Positions 28,001 through 42,406 of a DNA stretch of 64,000 nt are shown here, one piece after another (within the stretch, counting starts at the first letter, position 1; each line of letters starts with the position of its first letter). The DNA is from Catajapyx aquilonaris (Eukaryota): NCBI GenBank assembly GCA_000934665.2, contig KZ538104.1:1-64000 (forward strand), written 5' to 3'. The position numbers were made by a program, and so were the translations under genes. The notes under the pieces were generated by a model. It ran no database searches. It was not told the DNA's origin and saw nothing but the letters and a program-made list of their open reading frames with translations.

Positions 28001-31000
28001 CAACGTGCCACGTATTCATGAAGAAGACGCAAAAAAAAGGGGGAAAAAAGGAAAGAGACGAAACCCCATGCTGTTATATGTATGTTTTAAAATGTTGGAA
28101 AGTTGGGAAGATTCTGATGAGCTGATATTCCAAGGTTTCTGTTGCTGTTGTTTTTTTAAAAAACAAAAGGGAATTAATATTAAAGCAGCTGCAAGATTTC
28201 GGCCGAGTTGCGGCCGGATAATCGAAACTCCGCACTTGTACATCAGGATTAAATAGCCGCGCAAGTAATAATTGATGCCAGGCCGTACTTTTATGGACCG
28301 TACAAGTTTCACAACCACAATATTTTTTTAAAAAAAATACAAATATTTTTTGTACATTCCCAGCAGAGATGCTATTGTTGCTCATCATGATCAATGACAA
28401 TAGTGAACAGGGAAATCGAGTTTTTTGTGCAAAAATTGAAATGTCTATTAGAGACTTGACGGTCACCGCAGTAATCCAGGCAAACTTTTCTCCTGGGCTG
28501 GAACACATTAGGACTTGTGCTTCCTCCCCCAAATGCACGCGAGGGGTTAATCCGGATTATTGCAGGCGTGCTGTTTCCTTTTCCTTGGCTAATGGGAACT
28601 TGTTTAGCCCGTGCAGCTCAGGCTTGCAATTAGCACGATGAGCCTAAAGTGTCTCCTATTCCTGCTGGAAATGAGATGGCCTGCGGACCTATCACACACA
28701 CAGCCTTATTAGACTATATACTTCCTCTCTCTCTAGGTGCATTCCTAGAGGCCATTGATTTAGCATTGATGATATTATAATTGGGGCGCTGAGAAAAGAA
28801 ACTATATAGAGGAAGCTCATTAGCATGTGGAAACATTGCGGTTTCTAATGAATAGTCTGCGGGGGGTGAAAATCTGCGAAATTGGCAGCAGAAGCTGGCC
28901 GAAAATCTTGACTCTCTTGCCCTGGCACTGCTTACAAATGAGATGGATTGCTGCGGGGCACAACAGCCAGTATTGACAGGACTCTTCGCTCACCAGTCAT
29001 TAGCAGTCCGCTGAAAGAAGGGACGAGACTGGATCAGCTATATATACATCCCTAAGACCAGATCTCATTTCCTCAGCTTGGAAATATCGAGTAATTAGCA
29101 CATTATGAATGAATATTCCCATTTATACAATCAATAGATTCCATCAATTGGATTTGGGGAGTGTAACTCGGTGTATAACAGCAACGTCCATTTCTTTTTT
29201 CTTTGAAATGCCTTATGGCAAGTGCCAAGCCTCCCTCAATAAAATATGGTGGGTGTGCTCTGTCCAATCCTTCATCCTGGTCGAGGGCTCAAGAGTTCAT
29301 CCTGGGTGGGCATCGAAGCGGTCAATTGCGACGTGAGAAGTGTGATTGAGTTCACCGGAATGGGAATGCCCCAAGGGGGTCAGCAAAGCAGAAAACAAAT
29401 CGACTCTACCCGCCTACCCCCTCTCGGACATATAAATCATCTTAATAGATTTTTGTTGCTCTTGTTTTATATAGGTCGCTCCCAAAGAGCTGGACATGTA
29501 AAGGGCAGGCGCAAATAGGTTGATCCCTAGCTCGCACTTTGTTATTAATCATCAAGGGAGGAGGGCAGCCCCAATTTCCGGGGCGCGACGTAAGTACCCG
29601 AATCTGATCCGGTAATTATTTGCGCCTCCCGGTTTGGGAAAACCGCTCATCAAGACCCTGGCACCTGGTAATTTGCAGCCGGAGCTGACAAACAACGTCT
29701 TCATTTTCGGAGGGGGGGCCTGATTTGTCCCTATTGGCCCTTTGTTATAGGAGATAGGCTTCATTAAATACGCCTGTAAATTAATGTACTGCGGCAACCC
29801 TGTTCAGAATCCGGTTGTTACATAGTGTTTACATCAATGTGATCCGGACCCACAGTATTATGTTGATAACCATTAGTTTTAACTGGTCCATGGACCAAAC
29901 TGCTGCGCCACGCGCATAATTAGCATTATTGTGACCATGCTGCTCAACATGTAAATAATTACGGGCCAAACAGAAGATGAAAATTTAATTACGCTAATAG
30001 TTTAAATATAAACCGGGGCCGCGGTCCGGAGCGCGTGCGTTGAATCCAAAAAGACCAAACCCTGCCTTTGTATTTTAATAACATTCACATCCACATTTTA
30101 TGGACAATTGGCGCGGAAAGAGAAACGACGCGATTAATCCAGTTAAAATATTTGATCGCGGAAGCAAAATTTTGAATATAATTGGAAGTCACCTGATGCA
30201 TGCTGAATAGTGAACGAGTATTTGCAGCATGCAGCCAGCATTGGCTGTGTGAATTACTGGTCGCTATATTAAATAATTTTTTTAAAATGCATATCCTGCT
30301 GAGAATAATTTTTAGATAGGTTTGTCCAAATTAATATGCGAAAATGACAATCCTGGTCATGAGCATGGTTGTGGACCAGGCTCATCCATCGTGAGCTGAG
30401 AAAGAAAAGAGACGCCCCCACCTGGTCGGATATTAATCAAACCCGAGAGTCTCGACTGGGGCCGTTTTCGACCCGTCAAAATTCCGCCGGGTCCCTATAC
30501 TTCTCCGGGCTGAGACTTGGCGCTGACACCCGCAATCATAGGGTTTCACTTGCACAAATTATGTCCCCAAGACCCCGGCCGTACCCTGCTTGTACAGGCG
30601 GTTGGGGAAAGGGAAGAAGAACACTCCTTTTCCCTTCGAGAAAAGGACTTGATTTGTTGTCGTTCTGGTGCCGTGCAATTTTCCAAAGGCAATGGCCCGT
30701 ATCCGCCTCCTCCTCTTGAGGATAAAGGATGGCGCCATATGGCGCTCGCTGGACAATGTCCGCCACATTTTTTGGCGGCTGGGAAGTGTGGGAAGGGGGC
30801 GGAAGGAAAAAGGCTTCCCAAATTGGCAAAAATTTTCAGAGAGGAACGTATGGCCCCCGTCGGATTTTCAATTTTACAGGTGCGATTTGTCACGGACAGG
30901 TTACGTTGCGATTTCCTCGAATTGAAAATTGCGGATTTTTTTTTGCGGGTTACCGAAGTGTCAAGGTCATGCTTTTGATAAAAAATGATGCAGTGTCAGC

Positions 31001-34000
31001 TGGATGGTTATGGCCTTTTGCAAATGAAAAGAAGTGAATTGTTCTATCTGCACTATAGAACAGGGCCAATCGCTATGTAGATTCCTTAAATTCCAAGCCC
31101 TTGTTCTGCTCCAATTTAATCCGGGCGAAATTAATCGCTTATTTTAGTGCCAGTACTTGAGCGTAAAAATTCGGCAGCGAATGTGGGCCGATACATAACC
31201 GTTGAGACGAAGAAGAAAAAAAATGAGACGGCTATTCCCTCGTTAGATTTTTACGAGTCCGGAATGGTGGCAGCAAATGGGGCACACCCTCGTGTCCCTC
31301 TTCTTTCTTTTTGTCTCCTTTTCTTGAAGCTTCTCTTCTGTGTTTTTTTTTGTCCGTCGCGTCTGGTGTCTTTCGGACGCACAAAACACTTGGCTACTTT
31401 TCCCTGTTGGGGGCCTCCATTGTGACCGAGCCATGTGTCAACCGAGAACCCCCGAAATATTGTGAGCCGACTCATTAATATCTGAGCTTCCACGTTAAAC
31501 CGAGAAGCCCAAATTGATTGCGATCATTTAATATTTTTTGGAGGGCCGGGTTAAGACACCTGGGAAAACAATTTTGTATCGAGATCGCTCCCAGCTCCTT
31601 TTCTGTGCTATAATCGCGTGATTCCACCTTTTATAATAGTTTTTTTTTCTTTCTTTCTTGAGGGATGAATCTGTTGTGGTGGAGGAAAAAGAAGGGGGCC
31701 ATTCGTTTCAATTTGGGTACGTCTGTGGGAGTCGGATTTTCCGGAGGCCTCCACAGACCGTGGCTAAACTTGTCCGGAATCGGCCGGCCTCATTTTCCTG
31801 TCATCCGCCCAACAATGGGGGCCTGTACATTTCGCATCCGCCCCCAACTACCCAACCCCTTCATACCCACTGCCGGCCACTGGATCAGCTCCAAAAACAG
31901 TGTTTCAGCAGACCTCTTCTTTTGCTGGTCCAACGTTTTTCGCTGGTGGCCTAAAAAACTGGTCCTGGTCTGGTAATTTCTATTTGGAATAATCAGGCGG
32001 TAATTAATATGTCAAAGTTGGCAGAAAGGGGAGGTTTGCGGTGGGGTGGTGGGAAGTGGGCAGGGAAGTGGAAAAAAATATTATATATCTATAGGGGACT
32101 GGCTTCCACCCCACCTCACCATGGATGGAACCAGATCCACACCCTTTCCTTATTTCCTCAGCTGCCTCTGCTTCTTCCGAAAGGTGACAGCTACACTTGC
32201 GACGTTGCAAGACCTAAAGCTGGAGGTGGCTAAAAATTGTGAGCAGATTGTTGAACTTCCCTATTAGAGTCTTTTTAAAAAGACTATCTAGTATAAAGTG
32301 ATTCAATCGGCTCTAAGAATCTCTTTTTTAAACCTTAAAATTAGTACGAATTTTATTGCAAGGTTGTTTTGTCGACTTGGACAGTATACGTGAGTAGACG
32401 CAACTCTGTATAATAAGCTGAGCCCTGTTATTGTATTAAAATATGAAACCTAACCCATGTTCAGTCGCGGGTTGTAAATATCAACACAATGGACTACTTT
32501 TCATTTGAATGGCAGCACTGACGCCAATTAAATTGCAAATTGCGAGCACAAGTTGCGGTCATCACAAAAGTGCTGTACGTTTTTTATGAAATGACTTGGA
32601 CCTTATTCGCCATTATGAACACTGGTCGTGTGAGCAAAATTCTCTCGGGAAATGATCGATTGGCCTCTCGAATTTTAGAAATTTTTTAAGACCCGGCCTG
32701 CCGTTTCTGATTTACATGTTTTAATAGGCGTTTAAGAAAATGGTTGCTCTTCTAATTAGTGGAGAAAAATCATTACCAGGTGCGTCTTTATCAGTTCCCG
32801 TGTATGTTGCATGTTGAGGAAGGCATCCAAACCGTGGCAACATCGCACGGGAACAATACGGTTATCCGGCTGCTATCTGAAACAAGGTGGTTGGTTGTTG
32901 CTGGAAGTGCGTCTCCTCCCTGGGCTTATTGGTTTTGCCCATAAGTCTTTTTCAGAGGGGTGCACAGGAGGGGGTGGGGGAGGATGTGGCGTGGCCCGGA
33001 GTAGTAATCGGAATGCCCCATCTCCAGCCCTGGTTCAGGTAAATCACAGGAAACAAACGGGATTGAACGCTGCTCAGACGGAAACTCCTTGTGAGAGAAT
33101 CATGCTCAGAAGAAGAGAAAGATCAGATTGTTTTCGCAAGGCAAAAGGCCGGATCCCAATTGGCTGGGACCGCCCGCCTGCTGGGCTTAATTGATATTAT
33201 TTTGTCAGCGGCCTCGTTTCCATTACCATATTTCATCCCGCCACCACGGTTATTATTACTGTAGGCAAACTCACTTGTTCACAGGGTTATAAACGAGCTG
33301 TTTTTTTTATAGTTGGCGGTTGCGCACGGGCAGTAAGAAAAGGTCATAACGAGGTTTAAAATAGAATTAATTTTTTTTTATTTAGATGGAGCGGCGTAAT
33401 ATATTCGTGCGTTGAGAAGGGTTTTCCAGGTGTATTATTCTGGACGCGCAATCATCGCTGTAATAATCATAAGCGCCAACTGGTGTGTTGACATAATAAT
33501 ATGGAGGCTCAGCCTGGAAAAATTAGGATTAAGCCTCGTGCCACGGAATTTTACGGTTTTTTTATCCCGCAATTAAAAATGGCTTCCTGGGGGTCTTTAA
33601 AAATATAAGTTACGAGCGCGCGTGCATGGTTAACCGCTGATTCCGCAAAATGAAGCCTTTATTGCTTCAAAAGTTGAAACGACAAGTGTGTCGCGGGAAC
33701 CCAAATTATCTGCAGGGCCAACAATGCTAATAATTAATTTTAACTACAGTCCTTTGCACATCTGACCCCTTCAGGGCTCCAGGCTGGTAAATGATCAGTT
33801 TGGTGGAACATGAACCCATCACACACCAGCACACACACACACACACAAAAAAGGGTGCTTTTCTGATCTGTCTGCGGGTGGCCTGGACTTTTCTTCGAGA
33901 GGAGGTTTTAACCTTAGGGGGGTGAAAAAAAGAAAAGAGAGGTGGGGGTGGGTTCGATCCCCGCCCCACTCTCATCCTCAATAGAGCTGAGCCGGAGGAG

Positions 34001-36190
34001 GAACCCCATCCGACAGCCAAGACACGAAATTCTTAATCGTCCCCAACCTTCACCTCTGCCTCTTTGACCTGTTCTCTCCCCCGCTGGGACTTTCCCCACA
34101 GAAGTCGTGAGCACTGATCTTTTTGCTTTACAGGAGAAATAGTGAGAGGAACTCGAGAGTCGAGTGTGTTACATACATTTTTTTGGTATAAAAATACACC
34201 ACGAGTAGCCACAGTCCTTTTTAAATTTAAAAATGAGAGTTAGTGTGTGCGGTTGACCTTTTCTGTGGCGGTATAAAAATGGCAACACTATTTTCGAATT
34301 TTTGCTTCTGGTGGCCTTGGAGGGTCGTGACTCCTTTTGTTTCCAGAGGAGGAGGAGACCTGAGGAATGAAGAGTGTCTTGGAGAGAAGCACGGCATGTC
34401 ATGTAGTCCGGAGGAGGAGGGGTCGAGACTGCCGTACGTTTTCTTTTCAAAGCGCTGAAGGCTTCATAACTGCCTGGCAATATTTAATTAACTGTTCTAG
34501 CCAGCTGTGGGCCTCGGATCAATTAGTTGATTTGCCCACAGCTCGCCCACAATCAAAAATGGGGGAGCCGGATCCCAGGCTTATCCCATGCGCGGAACAG
34601 ATTTTTTTTTTGAATCGGTTTTGAAGGGGGCAAAATGAAGGGGATGCTCTCATCCAGTTGCGATCGGATTTATTGAGCTGAAGATTGACCGGCGCCCACT
34701 TGACTCAACAAGGGCCCTTTTTGCCCAGTGTTACGGCAAAACAGGGCCTGAAATATTTTGTAGGGATCCATTATTGGTGGAGGGGGATGGGTTTAAAGGG
34801 TCCATTAGAGCGGTGACAGACACCTCGGTTGGGGTGTTGCGAAATTAAAGTCAGTCGGGAGCAGGCTACACTTTGATGAAGAGACCCCGGATATTATCCT
34901 GTCAATACACACAGGGTGCTTCGTTGCCCTGGTTCAGAGTACGAAAGGCGAGAAGGGAAGAAATTGTAAGGTTAAATTACAGTGTTCTAATGTACCTGAT
35001 TTTGAAATTTAATATGATGTAATATGTTACGGTACATCAAATTGTGTTCAATATTTTTAGTATTTTCATAAAGTTTTTCGAATTTTATCGAATTTTCTGG
35101 CAGAGTGTACTTTATCAATATACCACCCAGTAGAGATGGCCTTTCAACACATACAGTACATACACACACAAAAAAGTTCATTGGAGGCATCAGCCCTGTT
35201 GGCAGCTGCCAAGGTTGCGATTGGCTATCGAAAGACTGCGGCATCAGGTAATAGGGCCTGCAGCTATATTTGGTGCCCCGCTTGACAGGTGCATGCGTGT
35301 GTGGGGTCAAAGGATGAGCAGCTGTGGCCTCTCTTTGGGTGGCATTTTCTAAGGAACTTTCACAACCTTTGGCCCGTACATGTGAATTTCAAATCGCGAC
35401 TATAGGATTTGATTTCTGGCCAGATAAAGGCTAATGCAAATGAAGGGAAAGTCTCTACTCACCATATGCGTAGTTTAATATTTTCGCTTAATTAGCTTTT
35501 TAAAATAGACGAACGTGCTCGAGACCTATGCAGTTCATGCCTGAATTCTCCTCTAGTGTAAACTCAAGACCGTCCCCAATTGCGGCCTAATATTTGGGGA
35601 AGGCAACAAAGCGAAGCATACTCGTCTTTCTAGTACTTGATGAATGCAAAAAAATTCCCCTGGTCCATACCAGCTTCAAAGAGATGCTCTCCAAAAATGG
35701 GGGAAAAAATCGGCTCCCGATGGACTGTTTGCAACATAAAGGCCTCATGAATAAGCCGTCCCGGCATTAATCGCCTCCCAAAAAAAATTGCGGCGTAATG
35801 CAGTTATCGCATGGGGAGGTACACATAGGCAGGTTCTTCCTCCCGAACCGTAGTAGTATAGTAGCAGTGCAGAGGAGCAGTCTTGTGCCAAAGCCAGCGA
35901 TGAATATTGAAATCCCGGTGGCGGGGCGTAACCGCGTGGAAATTCAGCCCTAAAATGTGTAATAGGTCCACAATACGAGCCTGCAGCGACTCTGTGGGAC
36001 GCCACGCCATAACAGGCCTCCAAGCTACCTTCTGATTGTTCTCATAAAGCCCCCCGACTGCCATTAGGATCGGGGACTGCCTCCCCTTTTGATTCACGCC
36101 ACACAAACAACAAGCGTCCCAAAATGGACTCTTGTCTGTTGGCAGCCCTGTTGCGTGGGGGACGCCGCGTGGGGGACGCTACGATGGGAA

Positions 36191-36219
36191 GGGGGGGGGG
36201 GGGGGGGNNNNNNNNNNNN
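36191..36219. other. Poly-G tract with assembly gap (12 N); single Ns also at 11957 and 20987 beside poly-G
   Basis: All three N positions in the window abut G runs of 17 or more bases, which is consistent with sequencing or assembly failure at G homopolymers. Confidence 0.9.
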
Positions 36220-36525
36220 TGGGGACACGTCGGATTAAGGAGGGTTAATTACGGCCTAATATTGAGCGGCAGGACACAGGCTTTTCCGAATATAGGAATG
36301 GACTGGATGAATCGGGGGGCTCCGACTGAGCCAGTGCCCATAATTAATATCGTGAGGTCAAACACCTATCTAGTCCGCATCAATTTTTAATGTGGTGGTG
36401 ACTTTGGGGATTGGATGATCATGAATGAGTAGACTTCACTTTATAGCCGTGTTGTCAGTTTGGGACGGTTTGGCACGGTCTAGAGACCAATTTTCAATGA
36501 CTGTCTGCGAGCAAATATAACCTAT

Positions 36526-36846
36526 TTCTAAAAAAATTTGGAGTGTTTTTCCACTCCATTTGAGTGATTTTCATTCTTTCTCCTACTTTATTTGACTCCC
36601 ACTTTTTTGTAGTGGAAATCACTCGAATGAAATATATTTTCACTCAAACTGAGCGACCATTTCACATTTGAGTGGATGTAAATTTAAGCGAAATGACCAC
36701 TCAAATTGATTGAAATGGGTTTAGCTAACTGAGAGAGCAGTTACCATTCATTTTCATTCTTTCTAAAGTAATTTTCCACTCGATTTGAGTTAAAGTAATT
36801 GCTTATTTTTTGTGTGAAAATTTCACTCTAAAGTTTTCAGAGCGTA
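36526..36846. mobile_element. Degenerate foldback/MITE-like element built of GAGTG...CACTC palindromic subrepeats
   Basis: The left end TCTAAAAAAATTTGGAGTG and right end CACTCTAAAGTTTTCAGA are imperfect inverted repeats. The interior has repeated TTTGAGTG, CCACTC and TTCACTC motifs in both orientations, plus a duplicated ATTTTCATTCTTTCT. Confidence 0.5.
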
Positions 36847-39800
36847 CAAAAAAAATCCTAAGATGTCAGAAGTGTCAATGATCACATTATTTTGCATCGA
36901 CAGATACAATCTATTTGAACCAATTTTATGTTGTTCAGCACAGCTAATTTGCAATTTTGCTATTACAGATTGCTGATTGTTTATAACCAACAGCTGGCCA
37001 AAAAATTTATATAAAAAAAGTGTTGGCCAAAACGGAATGAGTGCAAAAAAAAACTAGCCAGGCCCACATTACAGGTCGGGGGCATAAATTTCTGAACAGC
37101 CTTCACCACGTAACTGGACTTGCTTTTAGATATTTGACCCCCTCAGGCCCTCTTAAAGCTCCAGAAAAATTTCAACCATCTTCTTCTTTGGAGTTGACCA
37201 GATTAAGAGGTTCGAAAGTCGGCTTGTAAGAGGTGGGCCACCCAAAGGGGCCCTGCAGAACTCATTATCAGTAGGCGGGTCGCCTTCATCCAACAATGGG
37301 GTGTCTGCTGGCTGGGGGGAAATGAAGCCAAAGTCCGTCCGACGCCTGTCAGGTGAATAAGGCAAAGGAGTTTGGTGGGGATTTAGGAAGACGGAAATGG
37401 ATCCACCATTTGCTTTTCTTTTCCGACTGGAGTTACCCTAGGGTTTTCCAAGGAGCTTTTTTTTTGGCTGTTAACCCCCATCATCTCTGGTATTTCTTCT
37501 TTTTTGTGTGTAGCTTCAGTAGCAAGTTATCCAGACAAGGGATCATCCCCAACCCAACGATGTTTATCTTGCTTGCACGCAATGAACTCATCTCTCAAGG
37601 GTTGCTCCTTCGGGACGGGGGTTGTTTTAGGCGCACCCTATACTTGATGGGGTGAGAGGAACATACGTCGCTGATCGGTCCGTTTGTGCTGATGCTGCTG
37701 CACCATATGGAAAAGCCAGGAGGACCCGCTCATAAATCAGGTTGATCATCAGTGTGCTAACCACGCAGAATCCGAAATTGTTCATTAAGTATTTAAAAGC
37801 CAAAAGTTCACGATGGGCGTATAGTAGGGGTTTGGTTAAGTTTCGGAAGGTTTGCTTAATATAAAGCTAGGTTGGCAGCGCCGACAATAATCACAGTTCT
37901 TCACCGGACCTTCTAGCAGAGGCTGTCGGCGATATTCGGAGGCTGGATGTAATTAAACGTCATTAAAATTTTATTGCTCCTGCCGGGCAAATGGAGTTCA
38001 CCACGGGTTCTCACTTGGGCATGATTAAAAATTTTCTTTCAAAAACCAGGAAATTGAACTCGGTGTGGGAAATGTCGTGGGAAGGTTTTCGAATTGGGTA
38101 GCCTGGGTTAAGGACCTTTTTTTTCCTCAAAAAAGTTTTGCTCCGTCATCGATGATTCAGACTCCCGAATTTTTGCGGAAAAATAGTAATGACACTTCTG
38201 ATGGTCAGCAACTTCAGTAACACCGTGGACAAAATGGTTGGCCGCACATAATAATTCGAGAACTTGCGAATATTTTCGTACGTGAGGGTTGCAATTTTTT
38301 ATTGCGATACTTCCATCGCCTTATAGAGACTGCCTGATACACCTGATTAGTTCAAGTTTGTATTAAAATTACTGTAGTAGGCTACGTGTTGTAAAATATT
38401 GTAAAAAAGGAAAGATAGCGCGGGGGGAAGCATACCTGTCAGGATATATACCTTTGAAACCCCCCATTTTTATGATTATGGGTGAAACTTGTGTGTACGC
38501 AAGATTTTTTGGCCAGGAATTCACTATTTTAGTTTGCCTAAATCATTGGCAATGCATTGCCAAATGATAATTTGTCTGAAGAAAACGCACTTTGTGATCG
38601 ATGCTTTATTATCCACAGCAGATCCACAGAGTTTCTGTCTGCCTTTTAAGATCTCAATAATCTGATGCTGTGCATCGAAAAAAAAGTGTCTTTTAATACC
38701 TCGCATACATATCAATATGAACTTCTGAAGTTCTTCCTGCAGCTTTTTTAAATGAGATGATTATGTATAAATAGATACTCTCACGTGTGTGGGCGTCTTT
38801 TCCGTCTGGAACCGTATTTAATCTGCAGTCTGGCATTATTTGCGACTTTGTGCAAAAAAACGACGATATGTTTCAGAGAAAAAGTTTGTCAGAATCTGTT
38901 TACTGGAACGTCATCGAAGCTGTTGCCATGCTGAGCGAAGTCAACTAAACATAGAGCATTTCCTCTCTATAGCGAAGTATAGAAGGAAGGGGGAAAAATG
39001 GGGTACAGAATGCGACTAAACCTATTACAGACGCAGTAATGATACAACTTGGAGGTAACTACTGCAGTTGAATAGCTGAAAGTCGGGCCATTAGAAGGTT
39101 AGTGCTACACGTGTGTGACAAATCGGCTGGAAAATTGCAGAAATTATTTAGATTGATGGAGTATATGGGATATTAGCAATACGGTGATTTCCTCTTGCCG
39201 TTTTATGTCCCCTAGAGTTTGTGGTCAAAAGTTTGTTTGAGTTTGTACCGTCCATTGAAGCGTATACAGAGAGAAAGAGAGAACAGCCGGTCGAAATCAA
39301 TGGAGCGGAATGCAATCATTTTTGTTACACTACATGAACTACAGTTGGAAACTCAGCTTTTGCAGCCCGAAGATGACCTATATACGCTCGCATCATAATC
39401 AATATCTCTTTGATGTTTCGCCATCACTATATATACCCACTCGATTTAATCAAACAAAAAGGAGGCGGATAGGCATTGTGGGTGAAACTGTAATACATGT
39501 TGTCGCAACAACTGCGACAGCATGTCACACCTTGGCATATTTGCCATTTTAGACCGCACAGTAAAGAAGAAGAAATTTGGGCTCGACCTAGTAGACAATA
39601 CCTCTAGTGAGTGTGAGCTGCTCGACTTGGTTCTTGTGGGAAAAGCGTTTCTGGTTTACTTGGCAAAGCTGTTTTGGCAGCCGCGAGGATTGCGATATAG
39701 CGAAGAGGTAATGAACGGAGGCAGCAATGAACCAGAATGGGGTCGGGGGTAATACCTGTAGCGCAAACCTGCAAAGTGCTTCATGAATAATGGTGTCCGG

Positions 39801-40360
39801 ACCTATAATTATAATTTTCGAGACTGATGGGAAAACAACTAAGGACGCGATTCAGGCGCAGAAACCGATATCCTTCAATGCACATTCGGGCCATTTAAAA
39901 CAATTCATCCTGCTCTGTATATACCTTCATGCCGTTAGGTAGTTAAAATTATTGTTCTTGGGCTTCTCTCTTGCTGGATATTTCTGCGGAACATATTTTA
40001 TGCAGAGGTGTTTCTAGCGGGCTACAGGGTATCCGCGGATAGTAATTAGTCAGGAGGCAGTAAATAGGCTGAAACAGGCTGCACAAAATTAGCCTATCCA
40101 GTTTTATACGCGCAATGAAAATGTTATGCTAAGCCGGTGCAGCAGTGACCATTGTCGTTGCATGCAGGGTTTTCAAGGCTTATCTGCATCATCATGATGG
40201 GTCTACTCAGCATAATGCTGCGGAAGCATGGCCGTGGATCAGACGAAAAGACGACGCTACATGAAGTTAGGCAAAAATTGTGCCCAATTTTTCAGTCTCG
40301 AAGCAGCATTTGAATGAAAATAATTTGCTCAAAAATTGACTCAATCTTTTTAGCAAAATA

Positions 40361-40576
40361 CTAGCGAAGCCGTTGCCAAAATTTGGCAAAACCGGTAGTC
40401 AGTATGACAGTGACAATCAAACCATTTTAATGAGATGGCCCTTCGATTTATCACATAGTACGGCTATTCTTCGCTCACAGGCGCGTACTGCACACTCCTG
40501 CCACCCTCAGGTTGTGCGAGATACTATCACGTCGGACAAACATCCGACGGAGAGAATAAGCCTTTTAGGAGAAAGA
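40361..40576 (-). mobile_element. Non-autonomous Helitron-like element, copy A (216 bp)
   Basis: On the minus strand it begins A|TC (TCTTTCTCCTAAAAGG...) and ends with the hairpin TTGCCAAATTTTGGCAA, then CGGCTTCG, then CTAG|T. This is the canonical Helitron layout (5'-TC, subterminal hairpin, CTRR-3') inserted between A and T. It is collinear with copy B from the first base. Confidence 0.75.
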
Positions 40577-42406
40577 TGATCGAGGGAAAATTTGCTCTAA
40601 TAAACGGCTAATTGTTCGTGGGTATTTTGTGCCGGGGCAACAATCCAGACGTAGTCGTGTCCTGCACAGGAAAAGTGAAAAATTTTGAGTGACAGCTAAC
40701 AATATTTTTCCGTCCATGAAACGGAAATATCATTTGGTTTTCTCGAGCGTACGTGATCGTGAATTAATTTTCTTTAAAAAGGTGGCCTATAGGGTGGAGA
40801 CCAGTGTCTTCCTCTGGGTAAATCTGTTTGGTTTCTTCCCATACTCGGAGGGCAATGTGGAATCCATCACGATTTGTGGTGGGAAATCTGGTTGTAATTG
40901 GAAGAAAGATGCGGATGTGTGCGAGGGTTGGAGCATAAGTCAGGAAGGGGGTTGGTATCATCACGCTGGCCAAGCATGATGGGAGGTAGGTAGAGCCTAT
41001 TTGGTTGGGCGAGGGAAAACAAGAGGAAGGATGCGGAGGAGGGGTTTTTGACTAAGAGCCCCCCCAGCAAGTTCGCAAACTTCATGTTTTCGTCAGGAAT
41101 GCCGGATGATGCCTTGTCCATTCCCTCCCAGAAGAAGAAAAAAATTGGGGGGAGGGGGAAAAAATGAGCAAAGGGGCGGACGCTTGCTGCCTACAATATG
41201 TCTCTGGCATCAACGCGGCCATTTGTTTATATTTTCACGGTCATTTTTATACGCGTCGCCCCCTGACTGGGATTTGGGCGACATTGTACACACACGTGTG
41301 TTGTCATCTGAGGCTGGAGATACCCCCCCTTGTAGCTTCACGTGTCATGAATAGTGTAGCAACTTCCGCATTGCGGGTGATAAAATGTGCGCCGATTTTT
41401 TTGTGTGTCAAAGTCGCCATGACTTAGCATGTTGCCTCCTGGTGAGACTGTGGCAAGGTCTATGCCACAGAGTCCTCTTGAATGTTATTGTCAGACCCAC
41501 AACATCTGATGCTCCAAATCCATTTTCAGAGGGGAAAAATTGCGGCAAACAAAAAACGCTCCCTGTGGACATATGCCTTATTAATGTTTGCTTTTATACG
41601 GTTCGTGTCTGGAAATATTCCCGGGGACATCCCTCAGGTCAACATCCCCATTTCCAGGCAAAATCCCGGCAATAATTTGATGTTACACTTTAGCATTATG
41701 TGCTCTGGCTAAAGGCACTGTATAACAACGCACCTTTATATATATAACGAGTGTTGGATAAAAAGGAGGTGGGCTTAGCAGCATCCGGTTTCCTGCAGTG
41801 TTGGCGTCGTCAGATTGAGCTTGTCTCAATCCCATGGTATTTGCTCACTCCACTCTTTTCCTTCCTTTTTTTGCTGTTGCTGTTGTTGTTGCTTGTCTTG
41901 GATTTCGCCAATGCAGTTCTGGGCTGTCAAGAGAAAGAGCGCCTAGTGCTGATCCTTGCCCTCTTCTTCTTCTTTTCTCCCCCCATCACCTCCTCCTTTT
42001 CTCCAACTGGAAAAGCTTCTTGGCAACACCCCCGTTGTCTCCTAGGCGTTGTTTGTCTCATCACGTCATCATTAACAAGCTGGGATTGGGAATCAATTTG
42101 ATTCGCCAGAAAAAAAAGAGAAAGAGAAAAAGGTAAAAAGTCGTTGATTTCTGAAGGGTGTTTCGTGCGCCTCCCCCATTATCCGAAAGGGAAGGATTAC
42201 GAAGCTGATGGAGCTTTAAATATTCCAGTTTCTTTTCCATCCCCCCTCCTCCTCCCATTGTTAGAGCTGACGACAAAGGGGCTTAAGACACGTCCGCCCT
42301 TGAGAAGGACGACTTGGCACTTTCTTAATCCCGACCCTGTACCTAAGTATATACTTAGGCTTTTCGCTGTACTTTCCGGGGATGTCTATTAGATCAGTAA
42401 GGAAGT

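Noticed and set aside
33942..33969. GGTTCGATCCC B-box / tRNA T-arm-like hairpin
   Set aside because: No upstream A-box, D-arm or anticodon arm; the upstream sequence is a purine run.
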